Source: Enterobacteria phage T6. Taken from it: DNA of 64,000 nucleotides. The stretch lies in sequence record MH550421. One strand, written 5' to 3'. The position numbers and the translations under genes are program-made. Positions 8,679 through 19,114 of this stretch are shown here, piece by piece (positions within the stretch are counted from its first letter, which is position 1; the number at the start of each line of letters is the position of its first letter). The notes beneath the pieces were generated by a model. The model saw only the letters and a program-made list of their open reading frames with translations. It was not told the origin of the DNA and ran no database searches.

Positions 8679-10392
8679 TAACCTCAATTGGTTTGTTGGT
8701 GTTGTTGAAGATAGAATGGACCCATTAAAATTAGGTCGTGTTCGTGTTCGTGTGGTTGGTCTGCATCCACCTCAAAGAGCACAAGGCGACGTAATGGGTA
8801 TTCCAACTGATAAATTACCATGGATGTCAGTTATTCAACCTATAACTTCTGCAGCAATGTCTGGAATTGGAGGCTCCGTTACTGGTCCGGTAGAAGGAAC
8901 TAGAGTTTATGGTCATTTTTTAGACAAATGGAAAACTAACGGAATTGTCCTTGGCACGTATGGTGGAATAGTTCGCGAAAAGCCTAATAGACTTGAAGGA
9001 TTTTCTGACCCGACTGGACAGTATCCTAGACGTCTAGGAAATGATACTAACGTATTAAACCAAGGCGGAGAAGTAGGATATGATTCGTCTTCTAATATTA
9101 TCCAAGACAGTAATCTAGATACTGCAATAAATCCTGATGATAGACCGTTATCAGAAATTCCAACTGATGATAATCCAAATATGTCAATGGCTGAAATGCT
9201 TCGCCGTGATGAAGGATTAAGACTAAAAGTTTATTGGGATACTGAAGGATATCCGACAATTGGTATTGGTCATCTTATCATGAAGCAACCAGTTCGTGAT
9301 ATGACCCAAATTAATAAAGTTTTATCAAAACAAGTTGGTCGTGAAATTACTGGAAACCCAGGTTCTATTACAATGGAAGAAGCGGTAGCTTTATTTGAAC
9401 GTGATTTGGCTGATATGCAACGGGACATTAAATCACATTCTAAAGTAGGACCAGTCTGGCAAGCTGTCAACCGTTCTCGTCAAATGGCGTTAGAAAATAT
9501 GGCATTTCAAATGGGTGTTGGCGGTGTAGCTAAATTTAACACAATGTTAACTGCTATGTTAGCAGGAGATTGGGAAAAAGCATATAAAGCTGGTCGTGAT
9601 TCATTGTGGTATCAACAAACAAAAGGCCGTGCATCCCGTGTTACCATGATTATTCTTACGGGAAATTTGGAATCATATGGTGTTGAAGTGAAAACCCCAG
9701 CTAGGTCTCTATCAGCAATGGCTGCTACTGTAGCTAAATCTTCTGACCCTGCTGATCCTCCTATTCCAAATGACTCGAGAATTTTATTCAAAGAACCAGT
9801 TTCTTCATATAAAGGTGAATATCCTTATGTGCATACAATGGAAACTGAAAGCGGACATATTCAGGAATTTGATGATACCCCTGGGCAAGAACGATATAGA
9901 CTAGTTCATCCGACTGGAACATATGAGGAAGTATCACCGTCAGGAAGAAGAACAAGAAAAACAGTCGATAATTTGTATGATATAACCAACGCTGATGGTA
10001 ATTTTTTGGTAGCTGGCGATAAAAAGACTAACGTCGGTGGATCAGAAATTTATTACAACATGGATAATCGTCTCCACCAAATAGATGGAAGCAATACAAT
10101 ATTTGTGCGTGGCGATGAAACTAAGACGGTTGAAGGTAATGGAACTATCCTAGTAAAAGGTAATGTTACTATTGTAGTTGAAGGTAATGCTGACATTACA
10201 GTTAAAGGAGATGCTACCACTTTAGTTGAAGGAAATCAGACTAATACAGTAAATGGAAATCTTTCTTGGAAAGTTGCCGGGACAGTTGATTGGGACGTTG
10301 GTGGTGATTGGACAGAAAAAATGGCATCTATGAGTTCTATTTCATCTGGTCAATACACAATTGATGGTAGCCGTATAGACGTAGGTTTATAA
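8662..10392 (+). CDS. 5: gp5 baseplate hub / cell-puncturing protein with lysozyme domain
   Basis: 576 aa starting MEMISNNLNWFVG; lysozyme-like centre; C-terminal VxGxxxxx beta-helix repeats. Confidence 0.95.
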   Translation: MEMISNNLNWFVGVVEDRMDPLKLGRVRVRVVGLHPPQRAQGDVMGIPTDKLPWMSVIQPITSAAMSGIGGSVTGPVEGTRVYGHFLDKWKTNGIVLGTYGGIVREKPNRLEGFSDPTGQYPRRLGNDTNVLNQGGEVGYDSSSNIIQDSNLDTAINPDDRPLSEIPTDDNPNMSMAEMLRRDEGLRLKVYWDTEGYPTIGIGHLIMKQPVRDMTQINKVLSKQVGREITGNPGSITMEEAVALFERDLADMQRDIKSHSKVGPVWQAVNRSRQMALENMAFQMGVGGVAKFNTMLTAMLAGDWEKAYKAGRDSLWYQQTKGRASRVTMIILTGNLESYGVEVKTPARSLSAMAATVAKSSDPADPPIPNDSRILFKEPVSSYKGEYPYVHTMETESGHIQEFDDTPGQERYRLVHPTGTYEEVSPSGRRTRKTVDNLYDITNADGNFLVAGDKKTNVGGSEIYYNMDNRLHQIDGSNTIFVRGDETKTVEGNGTILVKGNVTIVVEGNADITVKGDATTLVEGNQTNTVNGNLSWKVAGTVDWDVGGDWTEKMASMSSISSGQYTIDGSRIDVGL

Positions 10393-10395
10393 ATA
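10388..10395 (+). promoter_or_regulatory. late promoter TATAAATA upstream of segC-like gene
   Basis: Exact TATAAATA 17 nt before AGAGGTG RBS. Confidence 0.5.
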
Positions 10396-10411
10396 ATTCC
10401 AGAGGTGAATT

Positions 10412-11278
10412 ATGAAAAAATCTAACACAGTTCAATTTAGATACATATATAAAACAACCGTTACTAATCCGAAAGGATTAGTACGGGTTTATATTGGTAA
10501 ACATGAATCTAGATATTTTGATTTAGAAAATGATAAGTATAGAGGTTCCGGTGATTATATTAAAAAGATACGTAATAAACCTGGTTATAAAATAGATTTT
10601 GAAATAATTGAATTTGTTTCTACTTATGAAATTCTCAATTCAAGAGAAAGATATTGGATTTCGAAATATAAATCATCTGATATTCTATGTACCAATATAA
10701 AATCCGGCGGTGATGGTTTTTCATCTGAAGATTTGAAGAGAATGTGGTCTAATCCTGAATATAGGAAAGCTCAATTGAAGGCATTAGCTAAATCAACGTC
10801 AACTAAAGAATTTTCAGAGAAAATATCTAAAATAAACAAAGAAAGATGCGCATCGCCAGAATATCGAAAGAAAATGAGTAATGCGATGAAAACTGCTTTT
10901 GAAAATGATCCAACATTAAAAATTCGTATTTCTAATACCGTTAAATCTTTATGGAAATCCGATGAATATAGAAACAAATTAATCAATCATCCAGGAAAAA
11001 TAGAAGGAACGAAACAATCATGGAATGATCCTTTGATAAGAAAATCGAGATTAGATGCTAGAAATAAAAAACTAAGATCAGTTGAACCTTGGATTAGTAT
11101 AGAAAAAGTCAAAAAACTTTGGGAGGATTTGGGAAAACCACATCCACAGAAATACAAATGGTTTAGAGAAAAAGCAATTGAACACGACCTCCCGGATGTA
11201 AGTTATAACGCAATTTTAAAAGCGTTGAAAAAATGTGATTATAAATTTACATCATTAGAGAATTCAACAATTGGCTAA
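10412..11278 (+). CDS. segC: GIY-YIG homing endonuclease, Seg family (segC-like) with NUMOD-like repeats
   Basis: N-terminal YIYKTT...VYIGKH...RGSGDYIKK; three repeats (W/C)xxPEYR(K/N)K; strong RBS. Confidence 0.75.
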   Translation: MKKSNTVQFRYIYKTTVTNPKGLVRVYIGKHESRYFDLENDKYRGSGDYIKKIRNKPGYKIDFEIIEFVSTYEILNSRERYWISKYKSSDILCTNIKSGGDGFSSEDLKRMWSNPEYRKAQLKALAKSTSTKEFSEKISKINKERCASPEYRKKMSNAMKTAFENDPTLKIRISNTVKSLWKSDEYRNKLINHPGKIEGTKQSWNDPLIRKSRLDARNKKLRSVEPWISIEKVKKLWEDLGKPHPQKYKWFREKAIEHDLPDVSYNAILKALKKCDYKFTSLENSTIG

Positions 11279-11807
11279 TATACTTCCAATGAGCGCTGAT
11301 TTAGGAGAATCCATGGAAGGTTCTTCTATCGACGTCACCTTTACCGCTCAATTAGAAACAGGTGAAACGTTAGTATCTATAAATATAACTAGTTACGAAG
11401 AAACTCCTGGGGTTTTAGTAGAAGAAAATCGCTTATATGGAACATATGAATCTGTGTTTGGATTTGGAAATGACGCGTTGAAATATCGTTTAGGCGATGA
11501 ATTTAAAACTGCTGCTTCATGGGAAGAACTTCCCACTGATTCTGACACTCAGTTGTATTTGTGGAAAGCTCCTCAGAATCTCCAGAAGACATTCACTTAC
11601 GAAGTAACATTAATATATGACTACCAAGAACAAAGTGAATCTGGGGGTTCTGGCAGTAATTCTAGGTCATCTTCTGATACTACTGAACCAACGGATCCTC
11701 CTGCTCCAGTAAGAAAAACTCTCGTTAAAAATTATACTAAAACTATAGTTGGAAATTGGAGCCGTTGGGCTAATAAATTGAGAAGCTATGTGTATGAGAG
11801 GCCATAA
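11271..11807 (+). CDS. hypothetical protein (178 aa) with Ser/Gly-rich linker
   Basis: ORF between segC-like gene and 5.4; start may be an internal ATG. Confidence 0.6.
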
Positions 11808-12101
11808 ATGTCAGGATTAAGTTATGATAAGTGTGTTACTGCTGGACATGAAGCGTGGCCTCCAACAGTTGTGAATGCTACGCAAAGTAAAGTATTCACT
11901 GGAGGAATTGCTGTTCTAGTAGCAGGCGATCCAATTACAGAACATACAGAAATTAAAAAGCCATATGAAACACATGGCGGAGTGACACAACCTAGAACTT
12001 CTAAGGTATATGTCACTGGAAAGAAAGCTGTTCAAATGGCTGATCCAATATCATGCGGTGATACTGTGGCTCAGGCATCATCTAAAGTATTCATTAAATA
12101 G
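11808..12101 (+). CDS. 5.4: gp5.4 PAAR-repeat spike-tip protein
   Basis: 97 aa immediately upstream of gene 6. Confidence 0.85.
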
Positions 12102-12109
12102 GATTTAAA

Positions 12110-14092
12110 ATGGCAAATACCCCTGTAAATTATCAATTAACAAGAACAGCAAATGCTATTCCCGAGATATTCGTCGGGGGTACGTTTGCTGAAATAAAAC
12201 AAAACCTCATTGAATGGCTTAATGGCCAAAATGAATTTTTGGATTATGATTTTGAAGGCTCAAGATTAAACGTTCTGTGTGACCTTTTAGCTTATAATAC
12301 ATTGTACATTCAACAGTTTGGTAATGCTGCTGTGTATGAAAGCTTTATGCGTACTGCTAACTTACGAAGTTCAGTTGTTCAAGCTGCACAAGATAACGGA
12401 TATTTACCTACTTCAAAATCCGCTGCGCAGACCGAAATTATGTTAACATGCACTGACGCATTGAATAGGAATTACATTACAATTCCTCGCGGAACTCGCT
12501 TTTTAGCATATGCAAAAGATACTTCTGTTAATCCATATAACTTCGTTTCTACCGAAGACGTTATTGCTATTCGTGATAAAAATAACCAATATTTTCCGCG
12601 TTTAAAATTGGCCCAGGGACGTATAGTAAGAACTGAAATCATTTATGATAAATTAACACCTATTATCATTTATGATAAAAATATTGATAGAAACCAGGTT
12701 AAATTATATGTTGATGGAGCGGAATGGATTAACTGGACGAGAAAGTCAATGGTTCATGCTGGTTCAACATCAACGATTTATTATATGCGTGAAACTATTG
12801 ATGGAAACACTGAATTCTATTTTGGCGAAGGTGAAATTTCTGTTAATGCTTCTGAAGGAGCTTTGACCGCTAATTATATCGGAGGTCTTAAACCTACTCA
12901 GAACTCTACGATTGTTATTGAGTACATTAGTACTAATGGTGCTGACGCGAACGGAGCAGTCGGATTTTCATACGCAGATACATTAACAAATATAACTGTC
13001 ATCAATATTAATGAAAATCCAAACGGTGACCCAGATTTTGTTGGGGCAGATGGTGGCGGTGATCCAGAAGATATTGAGCGTATTCGCGAATTGGGTACTA
13101 TTAAACGCGAAACCCAACAACGATGCGTAACTGCGACTGACTATGATACATTCGTTTCAGAGAGATTCGGTTCTATTATTCAAGCTGTTCAGACTTTCAC
13201 TGATTCTACTAAACCTGGGTATGCATTTATTGCTGCTAAACCTAAATCAGGATTGTATTTAACTACTGTACAACGTGAAGATATTAAAAATTATCTCAAA
13301 GACTATAATTTAGCTCCTATTACGCCATCAATTATTTCTCCTAATTATCTTTTTATTAAGACTAATTTAAAAGTCACATATGCTTTAAATAAACTGCAAG
13401 AATCCGAGCAGTGGCTTGAAGGTCAAATAATTGATAAAATTGATCGCTATTATACCGAAGATGTAGAAATTTTTAACTCATCTTTCGCTAAATCTAAGAT
13501 GTTGACATACGTAGATGATGCAGATCATTCTGTCATTGGTTCATCAGCGACTATTCAAATGGTTCGTGAAGTACAAAACTTCTATAAAACGCCTGAAGCG
13601 GGTATTAAATACAATAATCAAATAAAAGATCGTTCTATGGAATCTAATACGTTTTCATTTAATTCTGGACGAAAGGTTGTAAATCCTGATACTGGTTTAG
13701 AAGAAGATGTATTATATGACGTTCGTATAGTATCAACAGACCGAGATTCTAAAGGAATTGGTAAAGTTATTATTGGTCCATTTGCTTCTGGCGATGTTAC
13801 AGAAAATGAAAACATTCAGCCGTATACAGGCAACGATTTTAACAAATTAGCAAATTCTGATGGACGCGACAAATACTATGTTATCGGTGAAATAAATTAT
13901 CCGGCTGACATGATTTATTGGAATATCGCTAAAATTAATTTAACATCTGAAAAATTTGAAGTTCAGACCATTGAATTATATTCTGACCCAACCGATGATG
14001 TTATCTTTACTCGCGACGGTTCACTGATTGTATTTGAAAATGATTTACGTCCGCAATACTTAACTATCGATTTGGAGCCTATATCACAATGA
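12110..14092 (+). CDS. 6: gp6 baseplate wedge protein
   Basis: 660 aa; synteny. Confidence 0.9.
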   Translation: MANTPVNYQLTRTANAIPEIFVGGTFAEIKQNLIEWLNGQNEFLDYDFEGSRLNVLCDLLAYNTLYIQQFGNAAVYESFMRTANLRSSVVQAAQDNGYLPTSKSAAQTEIMLTCTDALNRNYITIPRGTRFLAYAKDTSVNPYNFVSTEDVIAIRDKNNQYFPRLKLAQGRIVRTEIIYDKLTPIIIYDKNIDRNQVKLYVDGAEWINWTRKSMVHAGSTSTIYYMRETIDGNTEFYFGEGEISVNASEGALTANYIGGLKPTQNSTIVIEYISTNGADANGAVGFSYADTLTNITVININENPNGDPDFVGADGGGDPEDIERIRELGTIKRETQQRCVTATDYDTFVSERFGSIIQAVQTFTDSTKPGYAFIAAKPKSGLYLTTVQREDIKNYLKDYNLAPITPSIISPNYLFIKTNLKVTYALNKLQESEQWLEGQIIDKIDRYYTEDVEIFNSSFAKSKMLTYVDDADHSVIGSSATIQMVREVQNFYKTPEAGIKYNNQIKDRSMESNTFSFNSGRKVVNPDTGLEEDVLYDVRIVSTDRDSKGIGKVIIGPFASGDVTENENIQPYTGNDFNKLANSDGRDKYYVIGEINYPADMIYWNIAKINLTSEKFEVQTIELYSDPTDDVIFTRDGSLIVFENDLRPQYLTIDLEPISQ

Positions 14093-17000
14093 CAGTAAAA
14101 GCACCTTCAGTCACTAGTCTCAGAATTTCCAAGTTATCCGCAAATCAGGTGCAAGTACGCTGGGATGACGTTGGTGCTAATTTCTACTATTTTGTAGAAA
14201 TCGCTGAGACAAAAACAAACTCGGGGGAAAAACTCCCGAGTAATCAATATAAATGGATTAATTTAGGATATACAGCAAATAATAGTTTCTTTTTTGATGA
14301 TGCTGATCCATTAACAACATACATTATTAGAGTAGCCACAGCTGCGCAAGATTTTGAGCAGTCTGATTGGATTTATACTGAAGAGTTTGAAACTTTTGCT
14401 ACAAATGCTTATACATTTCAAAACATGATTGAAATGCAATTAGCCAATAAATTCATTCAGGAAAAATTTACTCTTAATAATTCTGATTATGTTAATTTTA
14501 ACAATGACACTATAATGGCTGCATTGATGAATGAATCATTTCAATTCAGCCCATCATATGTTGACGTTTCATCAATAAGTAATTTTATTATTGGTGAAAA
14601 TGAGTATCATGAAATACAGGGTTCTATTCAGCAAGTATGTAAGGATATTAACCGAGTTTATTTGATGGAATCAGAAGGGATTCTATACCTTTTCGAGCGT
14701 TATCAACCTGTAGTTAAAGTATCTAATGATAAAGGACAAACCTGGAAAGCTGTAAAGCTCTTCAATGACCGCGTAGGATATCCTTTATCTAAGACAGTAT
14801 ATTACCAATCTGCAAACACAACATACGTTCTAGGATACGACAAGATCTTCTATGGCCGTAAATCAACTGATGTTAGATGGTCAGCTGATGATGTCAGATT
14901 TAGTTCGCAGGATATAACATTTGCTAAACTTGGCGACCAATTACATCTAGGATTTGATGTAGAAATTTTTGCCACTTATGCGACTTTACCAGCGAATGTA
15001 TACCGCATTGCAGAAGCTATTACTTGCACCGATGATTACATTTACGTTGTCGCCAGAGACAAAGTTAGATACATAAAAACGAGTAATGCACCTATAGATT
15101 CGGATCCATTATCTCCAACATATTCGGAAAGACTTTTTGAACCTGATACTATGACTATAACCGGAAATCCTAAAGCAGTATGCTATAAAATGGATTCTAT
15201 CGGTGATAAAGTTTTTGCTCTTATTATTGGTGAAGTTGAAACATTAAATGCCAATCCGAGAACTTCAAAAATAATTGATTCTGCTGATAAAGGAATATAT
15301 GTTTTAAATCATGACGAAAAAACATGGAAAAGAGTTTTTGGCAACACTGAAGAAGAAAGAAGACGTATTCAACCCGGATATGCGAATATGTCAACTGACG
15401 GTAAATTAGTTTCTCTATCATCGAGTAATTTTAAATTTTTAAGTGATAACGTTGTTAATGACCCTGAAACTGCAGCAAAATATCAGTTAATCGGTGCTGT
15501 TAAATATGAATTTCCTCGTGAATGGTTAGCTGATAAGCATTATCATATGATGGCATTTATAGCGGATGAAAAATCTGATTGGGAGACTTTTACTCCTCAA
15601 CCAATGAAATACTACGCAGAACCGTTTTTTAACTGGTCTAAAAAATCTAACACACGCTGTTGGATAAACAACTCTAATAGAGCTGTAGTAGTTTATGCTG
15701 ATTTAAAATACACTAAAGTTATAGAAAATATTCCGGAAACATCACCAGATAGATTAGTTCATGAATACTGGGATGATGGTGATTGCACTATAGTAATGCC
15801 AAATGTTAAATTCACTGGATTTAAAAAATATGCATCAGGAATGCTTTTCTATAAAGCCTCTGGTGAAATAATTTCTTACTATGATTTTAACTATCGTGTG
15901 AGAGATACAGTAGAAATTATTTGGAAGCCGACTGGAGTATTTTTAAAAGCATTTTTACAAAACCAAGAGCATGAGACTCCTTGGTCACCAGAAGAAGAGC
16001 ATGGATTAGCTGATCCTGATTTAAGACCATTAATTGGCACAATGATGCCTGATTCTTATTTGTTGCAGGATTCGAATTTTGAGGCATTTTGCGAAGCATA
16101 TATTCAGTATCTTTCTGATGGATATGGAACTCAGTATAACAATTTACGAAATTTAATTCGTAACAAATATCCACGAGAAGAGCATGCATGGGAATATTTG
16201 TGGTCAGAGATATATAAAAGAAACATTTATTTAAATGCTGACAAACGCGATGCTGTTGCAAGATTTTTCGAATCACGTAGCTATGATTTTTATTCTACTA
16301 AAGGAATTGAAGCATCATACAAATTTCTTTTTAAAGTTCTTTATAATGAAGAGGTTGAAATTGAAATTGAATCTGGGGCTGGTACTGAATATGATATAAT
16401 CGTTCAATCTGATTCTTTGACCGAAGACTTAGTAGGACAAACGATTTATACAGCCACAGGAAGATGTAATGTTACTTATATAGAAAGAAGCTATTCTAAT
16501 GGTAAATTGCAATGGACCGTAACTATTCATAATCTTTTGGGAAGATTGATTGCCGGTCAAGAAGTTAAAGCAGAAAGACTTCCTAGTTTTGAAGGCGAAA
16601 TTATTCGTGGGGTTAAAGGAAAGGATTTGCTTCAAAATAATATAGACTATATTAATAGAAGTCGATCATATTATGTAATGAAAATTAAATCCAATTTACC
16701 TTCTTCCCGCTGGAAATCTGACGTTATTCGTTTTGTTCATCCAGTAGGATTTGGATTTATAGCAATTACCCTTTTAACGATGTTTATTAATGTTGGTTTA
16801 ACTCTTAAACATACAGAGACCATAATTAATAAATACAAAAACTATAAATGGGATTCTGGATTGCCTACTGAATATGCTGATAGAGTAGCTAAATTAACTC
16901 CAACCGGTGAAATTGAGCATGATTCAGTAACAGGCGAAGCAATTTATGAGCCTGGCCCAATGGCTGGCGTAGAATATCCTCTTCCTGATGACTATAATGC

Positions 17001-17187
17001 TGAAAATAACAATTCAATATTTCAAGGTCAATTGCCGTCTGAACGACGCAAATTAATGAGTCCTTTATTTGATGCATCTGGAACAACATTTGCACAATTT
17101 AGGGATTTAGTTAATAAACGTCTAAAAGATAATATAGGAAATCCAAGAGACCCTGAAAATCCAACACAGGTTAAAATAGATGAATGA
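14089..17187 (+). CDS. 7: gp7 baseplate wedge initiator
   Basis: 1032 aa; overlaps gene 6 stop and gene 8 start. Confidence 0.9.
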   Translation: MTVKAPSVTSLRISKLSANQVQVRWDDVGANFYYFVEIAETKTNSGEKLPSNQYKWINLGYTANNSFFFDDADPLTTYIIRVATAAQDFEQSDWIYTEEFETFATNAYTFQNMIEMQLANKFIQEKFTLNNSDYVNFNNDTIMAALMNESFQFSPSYVDVSSISNFIIGENEYHEIQGSIQQVCKDINRVYLMESEGILYLFERYQPVVKVSNDKGQTWKAVKLFNDRVGYPLSKTVYYQSANTTYVLGYDKIFYGRKSTDVRWSADDVRFSSQDITFAKLGDQLHLGFDVEIFATYATLPANVYRIAEAITCTDDYIYVVARDKVRYIKTSNAPIDSDPLSPTYSERLFEPDTMTITGNPKAVCYKMDSIGDKVFALIIGEVETLNANPRTSKIIDSADKGIYVLNHDEKTWKRVFGNTEEERRRIQPGYANMSTDGKLVSLSSSNFKFLSDNVVNDPETAAKYQLIGAVKYEFPREWLADKHYHMMAFIADEKSDWETFTPQPMKYYAEPFFNWSKKSNTRCWINNSNRAVVVYADLKYTKVIENIPETSPDRLVHEYWDDGDCTIVMPNVKFTGFKKYASGMLFYKASGEIISYYDFNYRVRDTVEIIWKPTGVFLKAFLQNQEHETPWSPEEEHGLADPDLRPLIGTMMPDSYLLQDSNFEAFCEAYIQYLSDGYGTQYNNLRNLIRNKYPREEHAWEYLWSEIYKRNIYLNADKRDAVARFFESRSYDFYSTKGIEASYKFLFKVLYNEEVEIEIESGAGTEYDIIVQSDSLTEDLVGQTIYTATGRCNVTYIERSYSNGKLQWTVTIHNLLGRLIAGQEVKAERLPSFEGEIIRGVKGKDLLQNNIDYINRSRSYYVMKIKSNLPSSRWKSDVIRFVHPVGFGFIAITLLTMFINVGLTLKHTETIINKYKNYKWDSGLPTEYADRVAKLTPTGEIEHDSVTGEAIYEPGPMAGVEYPLPDDYNAENNNSIFQGQLPSERRKLMSPLFDASGTTFAQFRDLVNKRLKDNIGNPRDPENPTQVKIDE

Positions 17188-18184
17188 TTCAAGTGTTATC
17201 TATCGTGCGATAGTTACTTCAAAATTTAGAACAGAAAAAATGTTGAATTTTTATAATTCAATTGGAAGTGGTCCGGATAAAAACACTATCTTTATCACAT
17301 TTGGAAGATCAGAACCGTGGTCATCAAATGAAAATGAGGTGGGCTTTGCTCCACCTTATCCTACCGATTCCGTATTAGGTGTAACTGACATGTGGACTCA
17401 TATGATGGGAACCGTGAAGGTTCTTCCATCTATGCTTGATGCAGTTATTCCTCGTAGAGATTGGGGAGATACTAGATATCCGGATCCATACACATTTAGA
17501 ATTAACGATATTGTAGTGTGTAACTCAGCTCCTTACAACGCTACTGAATCAGGCGCAGGCTGGTTAGTATATCGTTGTTTAGATGTTCCTGATACCGGAA
17601 TGTGCTCAATAGCATCTTTAACTGATAAGGATGAATGCCTTAAATTAGGCGGAAAATGGACACCTTCTGTTAGGTCAATGACTCCTCCTGAAGGTCGAGG
17701 AGATGCTGAAGGAACAATTGAACCTGGGGACGGGTATGTATGGGAATATCTTTTTGAGATTCCGCCTGATGTATCTATAAATAGATGCACGAATGAATAT
17801 ATCGTGGTTCCTTGGCCTGAGGAATTAAAAGAAGACCCGACTAGATGGGGATATGAAGATAATCTCACTTGGCAACAAGATGATTTTGGATTAATTTACC
17901 GTGTTAAGGCAAATACTATCCGTTTTAAAGCATATTTAGATTCAGTTTATTTTCCTGAGGCTGCATTGCCGGGAAATAAAGGATTTAGACAAATATCAAT
18001 AATCACGAATCCTCTTGAAGCTAAAGCTCATCCAAATGACCCAAACGTTAAAGCCGAAAAGGATTATTATGATCCGGAAGATTTAATGAGGCATTCGGGC
18101 GAAATGATTTATATGGAAAATAGGCCACCTATTATCATGGCAATGGATCAAACAGAAGAAATCAATATTCTGTTTACATTTTAA
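17180..18184 (+). CDS. 8: gp8 baseplate wedge protein
   Basis: 334 aa; synteny. Confidence 0.9.
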   Translation: MNDSSVIYRAIVTSKFRTEKMLNFYNSIGSGPDKNTIFITFGRSEPWSSNENEVGFAPPYPTDSVLGVTDMWTHMMGTVKVLPSMLDAVIPRRDWGDTRYPDPYTFRINDIVVCNSAPYNATESGAGWLVYRCLDVPDTGMCSIASLTDKDECLKLGGKWTPSVRSMTPPEGRGDAEGTIEPGDGYVWEYLFEIPPDVSINRCTNEYIVVPWPEELKEDPTRWGYEDNLTWQQDDFGLIYRVKANTIRFKAYLDSVYFPEAALPGNKGFRQISIITNPLEAKAHPNDPNVKAEKDYYDPEDLMRHSGEMIYMENRPPIIMAMDQTEEINILFTF

Positions 18185-18189
18185 CTTAA

Positions 18190-18214
18190 GGGAGCCCATG
18201 GGCTCCCTTTTTCT
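18190..18214 (+). terminator. intrinsic terminator after gene 8
   Basis: Hairpin GGGAGCCC-AUG-GGCUCCC followed by UUUUUC. Confidence 0.6.
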
Positions 18215-18215
18215 T

Positions 18216-18223
18216 TATAAATA
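18216..18223 (+). promoter_or_regulatory. late promoter TATAAATA (gene 9)
   Basis: Exact TATAAATA 25 nt upstream of gene 9 ATG. Confidence 0.6.
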
Positions 18224-18247
18224 CTATAAACTCATAAGGAAACCGCT

Positions 18248-19114
18248 ATGTTCATTCAAGAACCAAAGAAATTGATTGATACCGGCGAAATTGGTAACGC
18301 TTCTACTGGTGATATCTTATTCGACGGTGGTAATAAAATTAATAGTGATTTTAACGCAATTTATAATGCGTTTGGCGATCAACGTAAAATGGCAGTAGCA
18401 AATGGAACTGGAGCAGATGGCCAAATTATCCATGCTACTGGATATTATCAAAAACACTCTATTGCTGAGTATGCAACTCCAGTAAAAGTTGGCACTAGAC
18501 ATGATATTGATACCTCTACTGTAGGTGTTAAAGTTATCATTGAAAGAGGAGAACTTGGCGATTGTGTTGAATTCATTAACTCTAATGGATCAATATCAGT
18601 TACTAATCCTTTAACGATTCAGGCTATTGATTCAATTAAAGGTGTTTCAGGTAATTTGGTAGTAACTACTCCATATAGTAAAGTTACTTTACGCTGTATT
18701 TCATCTGATAATTCTACGTCGGTTTGGAATTATTCTATTGAAAGTATGTTTGGTCAAAAGGAATCACCGGTTGAAGGTACGTGGAATATTTCTACATCTG
18801 GATCAGTTGACATTCCATTGTTTCATCGCACTGAATATAACATGGCTAAATTGTTAGTTACGTGCCAATCGGTAGATGGAAGAAAAATTAAAACGGCAGA
18901 AATAAATATTCTTGTAGATACTGTTAATTCAGAGGTCATTTCTTCTGAATATGCTGTCATGCGAGTTGGGAATGAAACCGAAGAAGACGAAATCGCTAAT
19001 ATTGCATTTAGTATTAAAGAAAATTATGTAACGGCGACTATAAGTTCTTCAACTGTCGGTATGAGAGCAGCAGTTAAAGTTATCGCTACGCAGAAAATCG
19101 GGGTGGCTCAATAA
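18248..19114 (+). CDS. 9: gp9 baseplate wedge, long tail fibre socket
   Basis: 288 aa; synteny. Confidence 0.9.
   Translation: MFIQEPKKLIDTGEIGNASTGDILFDGGNKINSDFNAIYNAFGDQRKMAVANGTGADGQIIHATGYYQKHSIAEYATPVKVGTRHDIDTSTVGVKVIIERGELGDCVEFINSNGSISVTNPLTIQAIDSIKGVSGNLVVTTPYSKVTLRCISSDNSTSVWNYSIESMFGQKESPVEGTWNISTSGSVDIPLFHRTEYNMAKLLVTCQSVDGRKIKTAEINILVDTVNSEVISSEYAVMRVGNETEEDEIANIAFSIKENYVTATISSSTVGMRAAVKVIATQKIGVAQ

Noticed and set aside
15917-16276. Minus-strand 119-aa ORF inside gene 7
   Set aside because: Fully embedded antisense in a conserved 1032-aa baseplate gene; no RBS or promoter.
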